Assembly: GCF_009914755.1 (NCBI RefSeq)
Contig: NC_060926.1
Length of the DNA: 64,000 bases
Source: the human T2T-CHM13v2.0 reference genome, Homo sapiens
Strand: one strand, 5' to 3'
This document shows positions 1-18,463 of this stretch, piece by piece. Under the pieces are notes generated by a model. That model was not told where the DNA came from and searched no databases. It worked only from the letters and a program-made list of their open reading frames with translations. The first letter of the stretch is position 1. Each line of letters opens with the position of its first letter. The position numbers and the translations under genes are program-made.

Positions 1-1519
1 AAGGAATGAGAAGTCGGATGGACAGGACCATCCTCCAGTGTCCAGACTGGGCATGTGCTGTCATGGAACTGGCAAAAAGTCCAAGTGACACCAACTTGTT
101 CTCAGAAAGGGGCTGGAGGTTATGGAGAAGTGGGAGAGCCCAGCGTGGGGTGTGCCAGTGTGATCCAAAGAAAGTCTTGTCAGCAGAGGATTCTTCCCAG
201 ACTGGGACCTGCGGCCGGAGGGGCTGGCGGTATGGACAGTGTGGACATGAGTTCAGCCTGGGTGCCTCTTCTCATCTTCCTCCTGAATGCCCTTTCTTCC
301 TGCTGGCCTGCCCGAGGGGACCCAGGCTGCCCATTGAGCCTGAAGTCAGCAAGCTGATCGTGAATTTAGGTGCATGAACGTAGGGAGGGGGTGGCAGTGA
401 GGAGGACTGAATATCTTTCTAATGCTGACAGACCAAATGCCAAGGGTGAGGGTAAATCATGACCAATTACCTGGCTTTGTAGATGATCAGCAAACTGCAA
501 ATATTTTGCCACAGATTTTCTTTGTTTTTAGCAGAATGGTATGAAATGCATACATGAGGAAATAAATTTTATCTGACTCCTTCACAGAGATTTTGAGGTT
601 GTAACCTGTAACTTCTAAGGCGTGGCCAGTGGTATTTGTGATCCTCTGGGTGCAGATGTGGGTTTGTCTCAGATATTTGGGTTTAGTGAGGCGTTTGTGA
701 GCTGCTGAGGAGGGAAATGCCCTCTCGAGAGTTTCTGTTACCTTCATGTGTTTACTTTAGATTCAGCAGGATTCTTTTACTGTCTTGCTGGTGGTTCTAC
801 AATCTGTGCTAAAAGCAGGCTGCCTGAGCAGTGCTTTCTGTGTAATAGAGGTGACCATGGAGAGCGTGGTTCTGTGATTATATAATAATTTTGAATAAAT
901 AAAAAGATGTCTCATGGCAGGTCCTATAAGGGCAGCCTGGAAGTGACATCATGAGGGATTAAGTTGCACTGCAGCTGAATCTTGCAGCTATCAGACATGC
1001 AGCAGTATGTCAGCTGTAACCTCCAGGTGTAAATAGACCTTCATCAGCATCGCTGGAAAGTGCTAGGAGGATCCAGAGTGCTGCGGGATGCTATCCATCA
1101 AAAGTCGTTTGCAGAACTTTGTTCCTGGCTGTGATAGGTTTTTAACCCCTGTAGCTGACTGGATCTGTGGAGCTTTTCATAGTTTATTTCAAGGAAAGGT
1201 AGCGGGTATATGTGCTCACTGGTGCCAAATTCAGATTGATTGTTTTACTGTCCCCTTTTCTGCCCCTTTTCACCAGCTAAGAAACAGGAGCTAGGTAGAA
1301 TTTGCCTTAAAATCAAAACAGGACTAAGGTAATGTTAAGAGAGGTAGCGAAGTAGCCCTTTGTTTTGGGAAATAGTAATGGCTAACCTTATGACTAGTTA
1401 CCTTCTGTGCTTTCTTGGAATTACCTAACAGGATGCTTAGGAACAGGATTGTGTCTTTTATTCACTGCCATATCCCTCAGCCAGAAACAGTGCCTGGCTT
1501 TTACTAGGCACTCTAATAA

Positions 1520-2776
<1,257 letters not shown>

Positions 2777-2785
2777 ACCAATATT

Positions 2786-3302
2786 TGCCGAGACCAGCTC
2801 AGTTGTGGAGACCCTAACCCAGGGGTGCTAGAGGAATTAAAGACAGACAGACAGACACACACACAAATATAGGGTGTGGAGTGGGAAATCAGGGGTCTCA
2901 CAGCCTTCAGAGCTGAGAGCCCTGAACAGTGATTTACCCACATATTTATTGACAGCAAGCCAGTCATAAGCATTGTTTCTATAGATTATAGATTAACTAA
3001 ATGCATTTCTTACGAGAAATAAAGCGATGGGCCGAAACAAAGGGATGGGTCTGGCTAGTTATCTGCAGCAGGAACATGTCCTTAAGGCGCAGATCACTCA
3101 TGCTATTGTTTGTGGTTCAGGAACAGCTTTAAGTGGTTTTCTGCCCTGGGTGGGCCAGTTGTTCCTTGCCCTCATTCCGATAAACCCACAACCTTCAGCA
3201 TGGGTGTCATGGCCATCACACACGTTACAGTGCTGCAGAGATTTTGTTTATGGTCAGTTTTGGGGCCAGTTTATGGTCAGATTTGGGGGCCTGTTCCCAA
3301 CA
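2786..3302 (-). mobile_element. Solo LTR MER9 (HERV-K HML-3/HERVK9)
   Basis: Reverse complement reads TGTTGGGAACAGGCCCCCAAATCTG...GAGCTGGTCTCGGCA; TSD atatt at 2781-2785 and 3303-3307. Confidence 0.9.
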
Positions 3303-3343
3303 ATATTGACCATGGTTTTAGAGGAGGCTTGAATAAAACTAAA

Positions 3344-3630
3344 GGCCAGGTGTGGTGGCTTATGCCTATAATCCCCGCACTTTGGGAGGCTGAGGCAGGT
3401 GGATTGCTTGACCTCTGGAGTTTGAGACCAGCCTGGGCAACATGGCGAAACCCCATCTCTACAAAAAATACAAAAATTAGCTGGACATGGTGGCTTGCGC
3501 CTATAGTGCAAGCTACTGAGGCTGAGGTGGGAGGATCACCTGAGCCCAGGAGGCGGAGATTGCAGTGAGCTGAGATCACACCACTGCACTCCAACCTGGG
3601 TGAAAGAGTAAGACCTTGTCTCAAAAAAAA
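3344..3630 (+). mobile_element. Alu (AluJb-like)
   Basis: Dimeric Alu with A-rich linker and tail; J-type diagnostics. Confidence 0.9.
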
Positions 3631-4047
3631 GTAAAATTTCTGTATCTATTAATGCTAGTTTTTATAATTCATTTTATTAAAAATAAATATAATTTTATGA
3701 TATAATTTTATAATTTTGTTATGAGGATTAAATGAGAAAGAACTTAGAACAGTGTACAGCACTTAGAACCATGTAAGTGCTATACATGTTTGAAAATTTG
3801 CCTGGTCTATTCTGAGACCACTACAAAAACAAAATTGAAAAAGAAAAAAAAAGAAAATTGTCCTTGAATGTCATTTATTTTTTAGGATATTTGATGGCTT
3901 ACTTGGTTTTAATTTTTAAGTAAAGGCCAAAAAATTTTTTTTTAAACTATGGAGATGTCTTTAAGACTAGACCTGAATAAGAAAATGTAATTCAAGATAC
4001 AACAGGAAGGCCAAATGAGGTCTGATTTTTAGTAATTAGAATGTTAT

Positions 4048-4350
4048 GGCCGGGCGCAGTGACTTACACCTGTAATCCCAACACCTTGGGAGGCCGAGGC
4101 CCATGGATTGCTTGAGTCCAGGAGTTCGAGACTGGCCCTGGCTAACATGGTAAAACCCCCGTCTCTACTGAAAATACAAAAATTAGCCAGGAGTGGTGGT
4201 GCACACCTGTAGTCCCAGCTACTCCGGAGGCTGAGGCAGAAGATCGCTTGAAACTGGGAGGCGGAGGTTGCAGTGAGCCAAGATGGTGCTGCTGCACTCC
4301 AGCCTGGGTGACAGAGTGAGACTTAGTCTCAAAAAAAAAAAAAAAAAAAA
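4048..4350 (+). mobile_element. Alu (AluS-like)
   Basis: Full dimer, A20 tail, TSD agaatgt. Confidence 0.92.
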
Positions 4351-5057
4351 GAATGTCACATTACAATCTGAACACTACATTAATACAAAATATTTTATAA
4401 ACCAAACAACTAGAATACAAACTTTTAGTAGGAATTATCCACACAGGACCAAGAAAAGTATATTAGGAGAAAGTGTTATTGTTTGGTACAGTAGTCTTTA
4501 AACATTTTTCACTTTACAATCCTTTAAGTAAAATACTTTTTGCTCATACCTGCAACATTTGTAAATTTATAATTACACATTGTTTACTAAAGCTATTTCC
4601 ATTATAAAATATAGAAAAACAAATAATGAGACAAGTAAACACGACTACAAATTTCAGTATTTTCTTTCTATACCCCTAGAGATCATCTTTTACTCTCTTT
4701 TAAGACATCTGGTTTAGAAAGGGTAATCTAGAAGAGGAGACCCACAGCATTTTTTGAAGGAGAGTTTATTATTTCTTTGGAGTTATATGTAGATGAGATA
4801 TTGACAGAAAGTTATATTGTTAGACAGATTGAATATAGGATGTTTGGAGAGTAAACCGAAAAGCTATCCCTGGCCATCTGTCTAAAAATATTGGTGAGGT
4901 ATCACAAACTCCTAAGGATTAAAGTGTCCCATTAGAATTTCTAAATCATTTCCTCATAACTGACAATAATAATGCTGTGCACTCTGGAATAGGGGAAAAA
5001 TATAGTTCTTACACAGGTATGCAAAATTGCTTTTAAATTTGAAAGGTATTTCAACAA

Positions 5058-5741
<684 letters not shown>

Positions 5742-7239
5742 TATTCCTGAACGGAATGGTAAGGAGGCCAGGTTAATCTTTCAGAAGTGAAGAAGTGGAG
5801 AGGAGATGAAATCCCTGGACTTAATATGGACAAGAGCTGTGGGATAGATAGCTGAGTAGTGAGGAGGTGACTTGGCTCAAGGGCCCCCAAACAGACCAGG
5901 GTGGAGGTGGCCGAAAACTGTGACAGGGCAGGTGCAGAGCCTAAAGTGGGGCGCTCACCCTTATTGTGGAATATTTGCTGGTACATTAATCTTAGTTTCT
6001 TCACAAATTAACATTTTCTAAGATTGTCAATCCTTTACGTGTTTCTGGACCTAAAATATCACTTGAAGAGAGATTATCAAGTTAAACTGGATCAATTGAA
6101 AAATTTGCCCCTGTGGATCAAAATCAAATTTTTTGAGTGGTTTTATTTTTGAGAAAATTTTTATTTCAAGAGAAAGTAGCAACTATTGTTACTGGAATTT
6201 CAGCTTATGCTGTGATTAATATCTGTTATACAATTGCTGTTGCAAACTATGCAAGCATTACTTTGAACTGCATCTGATACAGCTTGGTAGTCCAGGTCAT
6301 TACTTGCAAATTGATGAGTCCTGTAGCCATAAAATCAAGTATCACAGCTGTGCCCTATTGAGGGAAATATGGGCTTTTGGTGTAAGCCATCAACAAGCTG
6401 TTGATTATTTGGAAATTGTTGGTGACAGTTCTGCCCAAACTTTGCTGCCTACTTTGCAGGCATAGGTTTGCTGCTATTCATGGGCTGCATAAAATAACAT
6501 TCAGCCTTTCCTTGGTTTCCAGCATGCTCAGGTTAACCATAATGATTCAACGTTCACTTCGTGTTGGCTTTTGGTTTGCATACCCAAAACGTCGAATCTT
6601 ACTGGAAAAACAAATGTAAAGCAAAGTGCGAGACCATGAGAGGATTTTTTCTTGATATGCTAGACTCATAGTTGTCTGAATGTATGTGGTATGATTGATT
6701 TGGAAATAATGCTTTCAATTCTCTTTTACTGCATATATCAAATAATTTCATGTTTAATATGATGTTCTGGCTTTTGGTTTTAGTATGTCTTAGTACAAAA
6801 TTCAGCGATAAATTCTTTAATTGAATACATCTTAGAGACAAAGTATTCGGTTGATCTATTAAACTACCCTCTGCTCAACTGGGGAGAGTCCTGTAGTAGG
6901 ACTCCCAGGGCAGAATTCATTGGCCTTGCAACATCAGTAACCACCTAGACCAACAAATGGTAATAAATATGAATTTAAATTTATTTGGGATGATGGTTGG
7001 GGTAAGCTGATCATTCTTAGTTTCCTATTGATCTTGGGGACTGGGCTTAACTACTGAAGAAGGCAGCAATTTCAGACATTTAGAATTAAAACTATCCTTT
7101 CTTGAATAACTAAGAGCAGGTTGGAAAATAAATTATAGATTGCCCAAAGCTTTATTTTCACTTGAGAGTGTTTAAAACTATGTACGTTAATTAGATGTGA
7201 GCCCATAAAAAAATAAAAATAATTGAAAACAGGTGAAGG

Positions 7240-7937
7240 TGCCTCAAAAAAGCTAAAAACACAGCTACCATATGGTCTACCAACCCCACTACTGAGTATA
7301 TATCCCAAGGAGAGGAAATCAGTATGTTGAAGACATATCTGCATTCCCATGTTTATTGCAGCCCTGTTCGCAGTAGTCAAGATATGGAATCAACTTAAGT
7401 GTCCATCAGCAGATGAATAGAATGTAATATACAATGGAATACTATTTAGCCATAAAAAAGACATTCTATCATTTGAGGTAACATGGATGAGGTTGGAGGA
7501 CACTATGTCAAGTGAAATAAGCCAGGCACAGAAAGATAAATACCGCATGGTCTCACTCATATGTGAAAACTAAAAATGTTGATCTCATGGAAGTAGAGAG
7601 TAGAATAGTGGTTACTAGAGGCTGGGAAGTTTTGGAGGAGGGATGGAGCTAGCTAGAGGTTGGTTAACAGATACAAAATCACAGCTAGATAGGGGGAATA
7701 AGTCCTAGTGTCCTATAGCAATCTCAGGTGATGATAATTAACTGGAATTCATTGTATATTTTCAGATAGCTAGAAGAGTGGATTTTGAATGTCCCCAACA
7801 CAAAGAAATGATAAATGTTTGAGGTGTTACATGTTAATTATCCTGATTTGATCACTATACATTGTATACATGTATCAACATATCCCACTGTACCCTCTCA
7901 AAAAGTTAGCAATAATTTACAAATTAAAAAAAAAAAA
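7240..7937 (+). mobile_element. L1MA-type LINE-1 3' fragment
   Basis: ORF2 C-terminus/3'UTR motifs (ccatgtttattgcagc, aagtgaaataagccaggcacagaaag, caacacaaagaaatgataaatgtttgagg) and A tail. Confidence 0.85.
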
Positions 7938-9563
7938 TCTGTGTACCTAGTACTGGAAAGAAGGTAGAAATTGACAACATTTCAGCAATGATGGCATTCT
8001 GTGAATTAACAATTAAAATATTTAAGTGTTATTGGAGTATTTCCAGCAGAAAGATTTCACAACAAGAGAGAAAAGATCTGGAAATAGGTGGGCAGATATT
8101 AAAGAACCAGAGGAAATAGCAAATATGGACCACTGGTGCGTGCCTTTCATTCCTCAGTAACTTCCTTGAAAGATGAGCTATGTAGGGAGCTAGTCTGGCA
8201 GTATTCAGCCCTGGAGTTTTCTTAAATGATAGTTATGCTATCATTCAGAGAACATTAGTAGTAAGATTCTTATCCTTAATTTTACATAAAAAAGACTTAG
8301 TCACTTTCATAACTAATTAGTTGCATTTGTGGCTTAGATGGGGGAAAACTGAGAAAATGATAGTTGGCAAATACTTAGAAGTGACAGGAATAAAATAAGA
8401 AACTGATAAAATAAGAATCTGGGGTTGCTAGGAGTCCTTGAGAAAAGTAGCCTCACTAAAAGAGTGAATCAGGGAAAAGTTGTGCTGATTCTAGATGCAT
8501 TACTCATTAGGAGAATGCAAACTTGCCCTCCTCACTCTTGAAGTGGAGGCCGTGGGTGCGTCGGGGGAGGGCCTGGCTGTGGCAGGCATGCTGGCAAACC
8601 CTGGGGTCTGCCTCACATTGTTTGTACAGTAAAGAAAGATTTAATACTGACACGTGGCTCTAGTTTACAGATTCTAATCTGCCAAATCCTATTTCAAGGA
8701 TGTGGACGGACAGGAGACTACATTCAGAACTATGTGCTTATAGAAATGAATGAAAGGCTTTTTTTTTTTTTTTTTAATGAAAGCCTTTAAAATTTTTTCT
8801 CTGAATGACCTTAGACAGATCACTCATTCACACTGGATCTTAATTTCTTATCTAAAAATGAAGGAAAGGTTTATTGGAATAATCTCCTAAAGACCATTCT
8901 GCTTTTGAATCTGTCCATTTTGGTTTTTTTCTTTCTTTTGGTTTTTGTTTTGAGACAGGGTCTTGCTTTGTCGCCCAAGCTGGGGTTGAATGAGTCCGTT
9001 GTGAAGAGCTGAGGATGGAAGGTGATGTTATTTAATACTATCCCCATGAGTGTTCTGGGGCTTTACATACAATAGTTGCTTTAATCCTGCATTATTCATT
9101 CACTCTATAAATCACACCTATGAGTTTAGGATATCACCATCCCCATTTTACAGATGAGAGTGAGTAACAGGGACAAGTTCATTTAAGTACTACTAGTTAG
9201 TGCTTGAGGTGGAATACATTGACCAATGGCTGTAATAATGATATCAGTGAGTCATTGTAAGGTTTACATGAAATGAAAAAAGTCATTGTTTTGGGTATTA
9301 GAATTGTTCTGGTTTTTCTCTTTCTTTCTGTTTTCTCACAGATTACTTGGAAGTAAAAAAACAACAACAACAAAAAAAAACCTTTTTTAAAGATAGTAAG
9401 ATCTCAAATCTACTCCTCAAAGAGGAAACACTCAGTGTTTGGATTCTTTGGATCTGATGGGGGCAGGCAATAAATGGTAGGTCAGTTTTCCCTGTCTGAA
9501 TTCTGAACCAGTTCTGAGAGACAAGGAGAAAGAAAACATGTGGAATTCAAATTACACCTTAAA

Positions 9564-9734
9564 TTTTTTTTTTTTTTTTTTTTTTTGCCAAGACAAGGTC
9601 TCACTCTGTTGCCCAAGCTGGAGTACAGTAGCAGGATCATAGCTCACTGCATCCTCAAGGTCCTGGCCTCAAGCCATCTTCCCTCCTTAGCCTCCTGAGT
9701 AATTGGGACCACAGGTGCACACCACCATGCCTGG
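9564..9734 (-). mobile_element. Alu right monomer (FRAM/AluJ)
   Basis: T23 tail, single arm, TSD tcaaattacacctt / tcaaattgcacctt. Confidence 0.85.
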
Positions 9735-11789
9735 TCAAATTGCACCTTTTTAAGATGATAGAACTAATATCAGAGACTTTGACTTACATTTTTAAAAAAA
9801 TGATTTTTATATGTGCCAAAAGTGTACATCCCACTCCCGAATTCCACAGTAGAGACAGCCTGCCCTCCTGCTTCCTGGCAGTGTTGGGCCATCAAGGCTT
9901 CCCATGTGGGGCCAGAAGGCTGACCAGACTTAAACCTGTGCTTCCAGAGAGCAGCTCAGTCCCCAAGAAGAAGGAGGAGGGAAGGGCTGGGACCCATCCC
10001 CAGTCTCTATTCCTAAACTTCCTGGGTTAGGAAAGTCACTAGAGCTTCTAGGAAGGGGGCTAGTGACAGGCCAGAAGAGGAGCCCAGATGGTAAGCTAGA
10101 GGGGTGCTGTCCTCATAGAAGGAAACAGGAACCAGGCAGACCCATCCCACCCCTGGACCCCAATCATAAATGCTCTGTGTTTCCTAAAGCCAGCATCATT
10201 CAGAATAAATTATTTTCTTTTACTTGAGATACCAGCTTTTCTAAAAGTGAAATTGGATTAAAAACAAACAACAACAAAAAACCCTAACCTTGTTGCTGAG
10301 GCCAGTGCTGCTGCTGTTTCTATTTTAGTAGAAGTCAAAGTAAAATATTCTGGCATGTATTATTCACTCCGTGCTCTAAGAAAGTCCCTGTACATGATTG
10401 TGCCGATAGCAATGTCTTTCAGAACCCAAATTCAAACACGTGCCTCTGGAACCTTAAAATACCTTGGCACTCTATTTTTTTTTTTTTGAGATGGTGGATA
10501 GATGGAAGACTTCATGTAAACAGAAACTGCCCCTCTCTATTGTGGCGGTTGAAGTCTCTGCCACACAAGAGACCCAGTTTTAAAGTTGTGCTTTCCCTCA
10601 CACAGTTTTTTCCTAATAGGAATGGAAGATACTGAGACTGAAAATTTCTGTGGGCAACTGACTTGTCAATTTCTGAAGTAACATTTTTATTTAACAAGGA
10701 GTAAAACAAATTTGCCCAACTAAATTATTCAGAGGAATTACAAAACTTGTCACTTAGAGTGGATGTTGGGATATTCAGGTCATTTAGGAGGCTGTGGTTA
10801 AAAATAAAATGACCTAAATATAAAGCTCTACTTTTTTTAAAAAAGGGAATTTTGAGCTTTTAATTTTTGTTTGACATTGTTCCTAATTCTGTTTCTGTGG
10901 GGGGATGTAGGAGGCTACTCTTTCGGTGTTCCAAATAAAGAAAAATTCTTCTCTTCTTGTTGGTAGTTTTGCATGGTATTTATGTAGCTCTATTTTTTAG
11001 CCAGGGTATATAAATTCTGTATTCTTTTTGATATATTAGGGGGATGTATGTGTGTGATGGAGAAATTGGAGAAGGTCATAAACAAATGACTCTCTTCCAA
11101 GAAAAATTGAAGACAATTCATTAATTGTTCTGGTCATTCTTTTTGTACTTTTAAGCAAGGAGCATTTGAAATATGAACTTGCCCCAATCTGCTTTTGGGC
11201 AATAATTGGAGCATAAAATGTTGAAAATCAATTATGTATTTAGGGAGGATGAAACAGGCTGACATATTGAAGGCATATTGTATTATGTTTGGTGCACTAA
11301 CCAGGACAGTTACGTCATATTCCTGCAGTCAAATTGTGTCTCGAGAGGGTGAGACACAGAGGATCACACATCCTGATGTACTCAAACTTCACAGAACATG
11401 AGAGTATTTATAATAGGCCTGCCATCTGTCCTGGGAACGAGTCCTATCTTAAAAATTGGCTATGCATTTGTTGTTATTGTTGACTGATAAGCACAGAGTT
11501 TGATATTTTTGTATTATACATGCTTATACCTGATTTATAGCAGTGTGATAATTTCACAATGCATTATGAGTTCCCCATGCTGGCTAGGGGGTAAGATCTT
11601 TGCAGGAGAGGGTAGACAGAGTTTTAGATTTCTCCCGTAACCCCAATGTGCCTGACACAGTACCGACGGTCTATATCCCCAGTTGTAGATTTGCAGGAGA
11701 TTTGCAGAATATTGTCTTGTGTCCTCCTGATAGGAGAGGCACCCGAGGACTGGGTTGTGTTGTCTGAGGTCACATAATTGGTAAGCAGC

Positions 11790-14909
<3,120 letters not shown>

Positions 14910-15757
14910 TAGCTAGGCCAAATTTTCTAGTCAAAGAAATATCTACTCCTCTTCTTATATTTCCTTCCATTGCTGGTTTATGGATTGAAATATTTTTCTT
15001 AGATGGTGACAGTTTTGCTTGAGGCTGTTTTTCAGTGATTTTAAAAAAATTTATCTCCGCCCTGTTTGATCCTAGGAGTATAAAAGTAATTGCTATTTGA
15101 TGTACACATTGTTTTTAAAGAGGCATAAACTGCATACCTTGCCTATGATCTTTTCCCTTTTAGTCTTTTTGGAACACTTCTTTGGCGCCCTAACAGGGGA
15201 AAATGATCAGTGTTTGAGGGTTTATTATATGGGACATACAGCCACCTGGGGAGTTGGGACCTTAACTGTTAGGCAACGGTGGAAATCAAGCTGCCAGGTA
15301 GTTCTTGAGTTTGGGTTGGTACTCAGAATGTAATATTTATAAGATAAAAGATATTATATTCTCTCACTTTGAATTACCAATAGTATTTTAAGGAACCTTT
15401 TATGCCAAACAGCATTTGTGCCAAAAAGACATCAGTTTATTTAAGAAATTCCCAAATGCAGTGGAGTTTCTCCTTAGAGCTAGGTGTCTTCTGCCTGACT
15501 CAAGATTGTAAACTCACAGGGGATGGCCCTGTAAATGTTAGGAAATAAGTATTTGCAGTGGTCCTGAGTTTGGAAGACTGTGAATGCAGACTGGATATAC
15601 CTGTTTTGTGTGTGTGTCTCAGGTTAATTGCAGTTTTCAAAGTAACTTTAAATTTGCTTATATTTCACATATTTTTTTAATGAAAGAGAGATGCCTTGCA
15701 GATGAGCAGTCTGGGTAACAACAACAACAAAATATATATATATATATATGAAAGAAA

Positions 15758-15920
15758 GGGGAAGGAGAGCATTAGGACAAATACCTAATGCACGCGGGAC
15801 TTCAAACCTAGATGACGGGTTAATAGGTGCAGCAAACCACCATGGCCCATGTATACCTATGTAACAAACCTGCATATTCTGCACATGTATCCCAGAACTT
15901 AAAGTAAAATAAATAAAAAA
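15758..15920 (+). mobile_element. 5'-truncated L1PA (PA7/8-like) 3' end
   Basis: gcattaggacaaatacctaatgca...ggtgcagcaaaccaccatggc...cccagaacttaaagta + A tail. Confidence 0.9.
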
Positions 15921-16501
15921 GAAAGAAAGATGCCTTAGAAAGTGGCAGCATGTAGAAATGTAAAAATAGTACCCTGATTGGGATGTTCTCCTATGTGTGT
16001 TGATTTATAGCCTGGTGGAACTCTTAGTGTATGTGTGCGTTTTGAATACTGTTATAGAACAGGCGTGAATCAAACCTCGTCAGTGTTGTGCAGCATCCCG
16101 CAGTTCAAAGGCAGCCAGTTACATAGTGCTTGGCAGGAAGGCTTCCATTTTTAATACTGGTTGAGAGAAAAGAGAGAATGAGGAGTCTGTTTGGAGCATT
16201 TTATTATGAAGGAAGCACAGCCCAACTGCTCGAGACAGGTATTAAAAGCCTATCCCTCTGGCCTCATACTGTATTTGCTACAGATGCATTCCCACAAGGC
16301 TTCCAGATCGAAAAGGAAGCCCACTGTTCTGCTGCACAGCTGTTAAAATAGTTAATACTGCGCTTCCCAACCATTATGGGATGTGCCATATGTGGCCTTT
16401 GAGAACATGAACTTATAGTGCATTGGGGGTCTTTGGGATTATTAACAGTATAATTCTAGCAAACAGTAGCAGACAAAATTATGCAGGCTACAGTAATTCT
16501 T

Positions 16502-16795
16502 TTTTTAAAAAACTGTAGTAAAATATATGTAACATAGAATTTACATTTTAGTCCAAAATGTAAGTGTACGGTTCAGTGGCATTAAGTACATTCACATTGT
16601 TGTGTAGCCATTACCACCATCCATCTCCAGAACTTTTTTATCACCCCAAAGAGAAATTCTGTACCCATTAAACAATAACTTTCCATTTCTCCTTCCCTCA
16701 GCCCCTCTAACCTCTATTCTACTTTGTCTTTATGAATTTGTGTATCCTAGGTATTGCGTACAGTAGAATCTCATATTCGTCCCTTTGTGTCTGAT
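16502..16795 (-). mobile_element. L1MB-type 3' fragment
   Basis: aagtgtacggttcagtggcattaagtacattcacattgttgtg; flanked by agtaattctt direct repeats. Confidence 0.75.
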
Positions 16796-16984
16796 GGCTC
16801 TAGTAATTCTTAAGTTGTATCTGTATAGCTTCTACTATGTGCCATTTTGTTTTTGATCATAAAGTAATTTAGTAGATGACTTCAGAATATTAAAACTTGA
16901 GGACAAAAAATAAAAGAAAGAATAAAACTCAAGGACAGAAATTTGAAACTCTTATTATGCCTTCTCGGGCATGAAGGTAGTAAC

Positions 16985-17245
16985 ATCTAATATTTATAGA
17001 GCATTTATTTCCTATATGTGTATCAGGCACAGCTCTGAGCACTTTGCAGATAATAACACATTGACACTCATGCTAGCTCTGTGAGGTAGATACCATTAAT
17101 AATACCCTAGTTTTGCAGATGGGAAACTGAGGCCCAGAGAGATGAATTCCTTGCTTAAGATACAGGCATGGCTGGTGTGCAGCAGAGCCGGGATTGCAGG
17201 TCAGCAGTCTGCTCCAGAGCCCAAGCTCCTTCGAGCACCTTAGGT
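16985..17245 (-). mobile_element. MIR SINE
   Basis: MIR core ttttgcagatgggaaactgaggcccagagag. Confidence 0.8.
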
Positions 17246-17688
17246 GCAAGGTGCACTGGGCTGGGGGAGGGAAACTGAAGCCCAGCAGCCACGCAGTGAG
17301 CTGAAGGAAGCAGCCAGCGATCTTCAGCCCGTGTTAGGAGTGATGGGAATAGAGATTCTGCACCGGTAGTTGCTGAGTGGGAATACAGGCATGATACTGC
17401 TGGCACTTGCAAATTTTCAAGAGAAACTAGAAATCCTTATTTATGTGTAACCTCCTGCTTTCTAAGTGTTGGCAACCTAATTCAGTTAAAGACAAAAACA
17501 AAGCATATGGGCCACACAATATCTGTGGCCCACTACCTTCAGACCTTTGCTCTGGAGGTTTCAGGACAATCTTTTTCTTATCCAGACCCCTCAGCAGTTG
17601 GTACTTCTGGGCAGTTGTCCACTTGTTTGGACCTGGAGGCAGGGTCTTGATGATCTTTGCTTCCCTAACTGCAGCTTGCTTTCTTTCT

Positions 17689-17689
<1 letters not shown>

Positions 17690-17725
<36 letters not shown>

Positions 17726-17920
17726 AGGCAGAGTCTTGCTCTGTCACCCAGTCTGGAGTGCAGTGGCATGATCTCTGCTCACAAAGTAGCTGGGACTACA
17801 GGTGCGTGCCACCATGTCTGGCTGAGTTTTGTATTTTTTGATAGAGACGGGGTTTCGACATGTTGGCCAGGCTGGTCCCAAACTCCTGGCTTCAGCCTCC
17901 CGAAGTGTTGGGATTTCAGG
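17690..17920 (-). mobile_element. Alu with two internal deletions
   Basis: Long (~35 nt) T tail; Alu blocks with segments missing near 17781 and 17891. Confidence 0.85.
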
Positions 17921-18155
17921 GGTGCAGCTGCAGCTTTCATATAGCAATGGTCAGTAAATGCATGCTGAGCAAAAGTCTTGAAAGCACTCATGACTTCTTT
18001 CCAAGCGCTGCCAAGAGTTCACAGAAAATCTAATTTAACACAAAATAAAACTAGTCGATTTTGAGAGGATTGTATCTTTTCATGTAGAACTTCGTAATTT
18101 ATTGTTTCATTACGGACTCCTTTGAATTAACAATTCTGACTAGAATAGGACTTTA

Positions 18156-18463
18156 TTTTTTATTTTTATTTTTGAGATGGAGTCTCGTTCTATCGGCTAG
18201 GCTGGAGTGCAGTGGCACGATCTCAGCTCACTGCAACCTCTGCCTCCCGGGTTCAAGTCTCCTGCCTCAGCCTCCTGAGTAGGTGGGATTACAGGCACAT
18301 GCCACCACACCCAGCCAATTTTTGTATTTTTCGTAGAGACAGGGTTTCGCCTTGTTGGCCAGGCTGGTCTTGAACTCCTGGCCTCAAGTAATCCACCTGC
18401 CTTGGCCTCCCGAAGTGCTGGGATTACAGGTATGATTATAGGTGTGAGCCACTGCACCTGGCC
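18156..18463 (-). mobile_element. Alu (AluS-like)
   Basis: Perfect 15-bp TSD tagaataggacttta at 18141-18155 and 18465-18479. Confidence 0.93.

Noticed and set aside
6-377. Overlapping 123-aa and 100-aa ORFs
   Set aside because: No recognisable domain or exon structure; expected by chance in GC-richer intron.
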